In this document: positions 52,280-55,939 of the stretch, one piece after another
Numbering within the stretch: position 1 is the stretch's first letter
Layout: every line of letters begins with the position of its first letter
IMG/VR virus record: IMGVR_UViG_2698536620_000014
DNA from: a virus
Lineage: Duplodnaviria; Heunggongvirae; Uroviricota; Caudoviricetes
Length of the DNA stretch: 55,939 nt
Strand: one strand, 5' to 3'
Translations under genes and position numbers: made by a program
Notes under the pieces: generated by a model
Seen by the model: the letters and a program-made list of their open reading frames with translations, nothing else
Told to the model about the DNA's origin: nothing
Database searches by the model: none

Positions 52280-52808
52280 AGTCAATCCAAAGATATATTA
52301 ATGGGAGTATATAAAGTGCGGCAGTAATAAATATTCGAAGTAATATCCATAAAATAACAATTATTTTTTCTTTTTGTGTGGGGATCCTCGTCTTAAGTCC
52401 AACTTGAGTTACCCTTGAAATTTTATCATCTATGTCACGGTGATTCTCAACCTCATTGAGCAAATTAAAATATTTTTCTTTCTGTTCAAGAGATAACTGT
52501 TGACTGGTGGTAATGTCAAAATAGAGTCGCTGTAGTGCAATATAATTCCTTCTCATGGCTATTGCTCGACCACGAAAATCTAGGTTAGATACGATCAGAG
52601 AAATACCCAGTAGAGCCACTGAAAGTATCGCCGCAACGACATCTGTATTATCTCCTAGAACCTTTGGAAATCGCAACGTTACAATTGAAAGTACCGCACT
52701 CAATATAGCATACCAAACGAGGATAAATTGAGAGTGTTTTTCAAGCCATTCTAGTCGATGGTGCGCTTGGATACGTGCTTTATATGTAAACCAAATATTG
52801 TCATGCAT
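52257..52808 (-). CDS. Multi-pass membrane protein co-transcribed with the RT (candidate effector), 183 aa
   Basis: ATG 52806-52808 after AAGGA; hydrophobic helices LVWYAILSAVLSIVTL, VVAAILSVALLGISLIVSNL and IIVILWILLRIFITAALYILPLIYLW. Confidence 0.7.
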   Translation of the reverse strand: MHDNIWFTYKARIQAHHRLEWLEKHSQFILVWYAILSAVLSIVTLRFPKVLGDNTDVVAAILSVALLGISLIVSNLDFRGRAIAMRRNYIALQRLYFDITTSQQLSLEQKEKYFNLLNEVENHRDIDDKISRVTQVGLKTRIPTQKEKIIVILWILLRIFITAALYILPLIYLWIDYDCKQNF

Positions 52809-53030
52809 AAAAGATCCTTTTTAAAAGCGGAAGGGGCAGGATATATTGGAACCGTTGAACATCCTGCCCGGCAGGATCAGTGAGCATAAGCTCAACAGTA
52901 AAATATTACTGTTCATTATCAGAGCCGCCCTTGCATGCGCAAGAGGAAAAACCTGCCCCATCCCTTTGAATTATTACAATTTAATGATCTTAAAGTCAAT
53001 ACAAGTGAATGGTGTCCAGAGATGATGAAC
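52809..53030 (-). ncRNA. Structured non-coding region upstream of the membrane-protein/RT operon (candidate RT-associated ncRNA or operator)
   Basis: Four copies of a GGGCAGGAT-type arm in alternating orientation (52833-52842, 52861-52869, 52870-52877, 52952-52959) plus a small cttgc-atgc-gcaag hairpin (52930-52943); no ORF. Confidence 0.3.
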
Positions 53031-53279
53031 TTAATGAACAAACCACTCGTCAGCAGACTCCCAGGTATCTTTCAGAGTCTCCTGAACAAAAGTTTTAGCT
53101 GAATCTTTATCAGCGGTGCGCGTAACAGAAAGGCCATCGTTGCTGGTGGCTTTTACGATCACTTCTACATCGTCATAACGTTTACTGATGCGTCGGGTTA
53201 ATTCTTCCTTTAACGCATCCACAGCACCGGTTGGCATTTTAGTCATTTTTTCTTTGGCTATGCAGATTTCAATACGCAT
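53031..53279 (-). CDS. DinI-like protein, 82 aa
   Basis: [35 protein letters not shown]...[17 protein letters not shown] resembles E. coli DinI as I recall it. Confidence 0.8.
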   Translation of the reverse strand: MRIEICIAKEKMTKMPTGAVDALKEELTRRISKRYDDVEVIVKATSNDGLSVTRTADKDSAKTFVQETLKDTWESADEWFVH

Positions 53280-53339
53280 AAAAGTCCCCTACACTGTATT
53301 TGTATACAGTATTATTTTTAACTGTATGGATAAACAGTG

Positions 53340-54437
53340 TCAAGAGGTCTTATTTCTGCTCCTTTGGAGTTCTTCAAAACGATTATGTAAAGATTTCGGA
53401 TACAGTTCGGTATATACCTGCCATAGCACGTTTAATGAACGATGCCCTGTAACCTGAGCGACTTCCTCAATACTAAAACCAGCCTCAAATAAGCGACTTG
53501 CCCCTTCTCTACGCAAATCATGGTATCTCAGATCTTTAATACCTAATTTGCTTCTTACCCTCTGAAATCCTGCGGTAACAGAAGTGCTGTTATATGGAAA
53601 AATGAATTCTGATTTTTTGGGTTGTCGCTGGACGATATCCCAGGCTTCCCCAAGCAAGGCAACTTTCATATGGTTGCCTTCCTTTTTACGTGGATCTTTC
53701 CTGTCTCTTACTAGTATAGATTTTTGTTCCTGGTCGAGATCTTCCCATCGTAACCGGCATACTTCTCCGATTCGCATACAGGACCACACAGAAAATTTGA
53801 GGATATCAACGAACGGAATTTTTGAGCATTTATGAGTAGATCGTTGTTGAAGGCCTTCAATGAGCATGTTCAGTTCATCAGATGCTGGTCTACGATTACG
53901 ACGGTTTGATTTACCAATCAAACCGAGTTTAAGTAGATATGGACGAGCGCTTTTCGCCGGGTTTGATGTGTAATTGATTCCGTATACAGGTTTTGCCGCA
54001 TCCAGAACACTGCCAAGATAACTAACATCGTGGCTGACTGTTGCTGGGCCTGCACCAGCGTTGTTTCTTAGCCTGCAATGTTCAATTACGTCATTTTCTG
54101 TCAGTTCAGATAGTTTGATCGCGGAGATGTCACTATCCATAAGCAGTTCCAGCACATATCTTTTAGTACGGCCTGCTTTACCTCCGGCATTTGGGTCATT
54201 TAAATATTTGTGTAGTAAGTCACGGACTGTAAGTCCGTCAACAGCATTTGATGATGGAATGCCATATAGATCTAATTCCATCACTTTCTGTGCGCCCCAT
54301 GTTTTGGCATGAGCATGTTTAGGGAATGTTTTGCTTTCCCTGTAAGTGATAACACCTTTTTCTTTGATAATCACATTACAGCGATAGCGTGGTGTGCCAT
54401 CGGATTTTAGTCGTTTCTCTATGTTATAGTACGCCAT
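53340..54437 (-). CDS. Tyrosine integrase adjacent to dusA (candidate DusA-associated integrase), 365 aa
   Basis: C-terminal catalytic region with HDLRREGASRLFEAGFSIEEVAQVTGHRSLNVLWQVY (H-x-x-R ... Y); divergent from dusA with an 88-bp spacer. Confidence 0.85.
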   Translation of the reverse strand: MAYYNIEKRLKSDGTPRYRCNVIIKEKGVITYRESKTFPKHAHAKTWGAQKVMELDLYGIPSSNAVDGLTVRDLLHKYLNDPNAGGKAGRTKRYVLELLMDSDISAIKLSELTENDVIEHCRLRNNAGAGPATVSHDVSYLGSVLDAAKPVYGINYTSNPAKSARPYLLKLGLIGKSNRRNRRPASDELNMLIEGLQQRSTHKCSKIPFVDILKFSVWSCMRIGEVCRLRWEDLDQEQKSILVRDRKDPRKKEGNHMKVALLGEAWDIVQRQPKKSEFIFPYNSTSVTAGFQRVRSKLGIKDLRYHDLRREGASRLFEAGFSIEEVAQVTGHRSLNVLWQVYTELYPKSLHNRFEELQRSRNKTS

Positions 54438-54456
54438 TACACGACCTCGTTATTTC

Positions 54457-54493
54457 GGGTTCCCATAAAGCGTGGGAACCTGTGCGGGAACCT
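54457..54493. repeat. Inverted and direct GGGAACC repeats in the int-dusA spacer (candidate integrase-binding or att-associated sites)
   Basis: gggttccc (54457-54464) is the inverted partner of gggaacc (54474-54480); gggaacct is directly repeated at 54486-54493. Confidence 0.35.
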
Positions 54494-54525
54494 AACGCGA
54501 GAAAAATAGCCTGAAATGTTCAAAA

Positions 54526-55563
54526 ATGCACGATAATCCTGAAACACAGAAAACTAATCAAACCAGCGTGATGCCTGAAAAAACTGGCGCTTACTGGAGT
54601 TCTCGGTTTAGCATTGCTCCTATGCTCGACTGGACGGACAGACATTGCCGCTATTTCTTGCGTCTGCTTTCCCGCAATACGTTGCTGTATACCGAAATGG
54701 TGACCACAGGGGCGATTATTCACGGTAAAGGTGATTACCTGGCGTACAGTGAAGAAGAACATCCGGTAGCGTTGCAACTCGGCGGTAGCGATCCGGCGGC
54801 GCTGGCACAGTGTGCGAAGCTGGCAGAAGCGCGTGGATATGATGAGATCAACCTGAATGTCGGCTGCCCGTCTGACCGGGTGCAGAACGGCATGTTTGGT
54901 GCGTGTCTGATGGGTAATGCGCAGCTGGTTGCCGACTGCGTGAAAGCGATGCGCGATGTGGTGTCGATTCCAGTGACGGTGAAAACGCGTATTGGCATCG
55001 ATGACCAGGACAGCTATGAATTTCTCTGCGATTTCATCAACACCGTTTCCGGCAAAGGCGAGTGTGAGATGTTTATCATCCACGCACGTAAAGCCTGGCT
55101 TTCGGGGTTAAGCCCGAAAGAAAACCGTGAAATCCCGCCACTCGATTATCCGCGTGTGTATCAACTGAAGCGTGACTTTCCGCATCTGACAATGTCGATT
55201 AACGGTGGTATCAAGTCGCTGGAAGAGGCCAAAGCACACCTGCAACATATGGATGGCGTGATGGTCGGGCGCGAGGCGTATCAGAATCCGGGTATTCTGG
55301 CGGCGGTAGACCGGGAGATCTTTGGTTCCTCGGATACCGATGCCGATCCGGTGGCGGTAGTGCGCGCCATGTATCCGTACATTGAGCGTGAACTCAGCCA
55401 GGGGACGTATCTCGGCCATATTACCCGGCATATGTTGGGCTTGTTCCAGGGTATTCCTGGCGCGCGGCAGTGGCGGCGTTATTTAAGTGAAAATGCCCAT
55501 AAAGCGGGTGCAGACATTAATGTGCTGGAACACGCGCTCAAACTGGTGGCGGATAAGCGTTAA
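54526..55563 (+). CDS. dusA: tRNA-dihydrouridine synthase A, 345 aa
   Basis: Dus-family core with [22 protein letters not shown]...[14 protein letters not shown]...; host housekeeping gene. Confidence 0.9.
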   Translation: MHDNPETQKTNQTSVMPEKTGAYWSSRFSIAPMLDWTDRHCRYFLRLLSRNTLLYTEMVTTGAIIHGKGDYLAYSEEEHPVALQLGGSDPAALAQCAKLAEARGYDEINLNVGCPSDRVQNGMFGACLMGNAQLVADCVKAMRDVVSIPVTVKTRIGIDDQDSYEFLCDFINTVSGKGECEMFIIHARKAWLSGLSPKENREIPPLDYPRVYQLKRDFPHLTMSINGGIKSLEEAKAHLQHMDGVMVGREAYQNPGILAAVDREIFGSSDTDADPVAVVRAMYPYIERELSQGTYLGHITRHMLGLFQGIPGARQWRRYLSENAHKAGADINVLEHALKLVADKR

Positions 55564-55696
55564 CTTTTCACCAAAAAGTAGTCAAATTCACCACGCCCTG
55601 CGCACCGTCGCGGGGCGTTTTGCTGTTAAATCAATAGATTATTTTTGGCATGATTCTTGTAATGCCAGCAAGAGATTTCATATTTGGGAGAGCATC

Positions 55697-55939
55697 ATGC
55701 TGGAACTACTTTTTGTGATTGGCTTTTTTGTCATGCTGATGGTCACCGGCGTTTCGTTGCTGGGCATTATCGCCGCGCTGGTTGTGGCGACGGCCATTAT
55801 GTTCCTCGGCGGTATGCTGGCATTGATGATTAAGTTGCTGCCGTGGTTACTACTGGCGATTGCGGTGGTGTGGGTTATTAAGGCGATTAAAGCACCAAAA
55901 GTGCCGAAATATCAGCGTTATGACCGCTGGCGTTACTAA
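55697..55939 (+). CDS. pspG: Phage shock protein G, 80 aa
   Basis: ATG 55697 after GGGAGAG; MLELLFVIGFFVMLMVTGVSLLGIIAALVV... small inner-membrane protein downstream of dusA, as in K-12. Confidence 0.85.
   Translation: MLELLFVIGFFVMLMVTGVSLLGIIAALVVATAIMFLGGMLALMIKLLPWLLLAIAVVWVIKAIKAPKVPKYQRYDRWRY

Noticed and set aside
1-55939. CRISPR arrays, rRNA genes or IS-element terminal inverted repeats
   Set aside because: No regularly spaced direct repeats, no rRNA-like sequence and no transposase ORF were seen anywhere in the window.

Overview
Scaffolded draft-assembly window (N-gaps at 20100-20342, 44165-44301 and a single N at 46543) from an Escherichia coli-type chromosome. Positions 1-50796 are a Rac-family lambdoid prophage, much more complete than the defective Rac of K-12. 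It carries: integrase and excisionase, ydaC, an apparently truncated ralR, recT-recE, racC-ydaE-kilR, sieB, ydaF/ydaG, racR-ydaS-ydaT, replication genes ydaU/ydaV, a ydaW-like gene, an AT-rich two-gene insert (HEPN-like plus GNAT-like proteins; candidate toxin/defence module), nin-region genes, a Q-like antiterminator with downstream terminator, two TolA-domain-III-like lipoprotein morons with their own promoter, pinholin / SAR endolysin / Rz / Rz1, trkG, a ParB-like nuclease, terminase, portal, head genes, a lambda-like tail module (G/GT frameshift, tape measure, M, L, K, I, J), lom, side tail fibre and tfa. Positions 50909-54437 are a small AT-rich island: a reverse transcriptase translationally coupled to an upstream multi-pass membrane protein, preceded by a structured non-coding region, a DinI-like gene and a second tyrosine integrase that abuts dusA. 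Host genes dusA and pspG end the window. No tRNA, rRNA or CRISPR array was seen. The lom/stf region contains a second diverged copy of lom-3'/stf-5' joined across contig boundaries, so adjacency there, and between the left and right parts of the window, is not guaranteed. All calls come from reading the sequence and ORF track plus recalled family knowledge; no database search was run.
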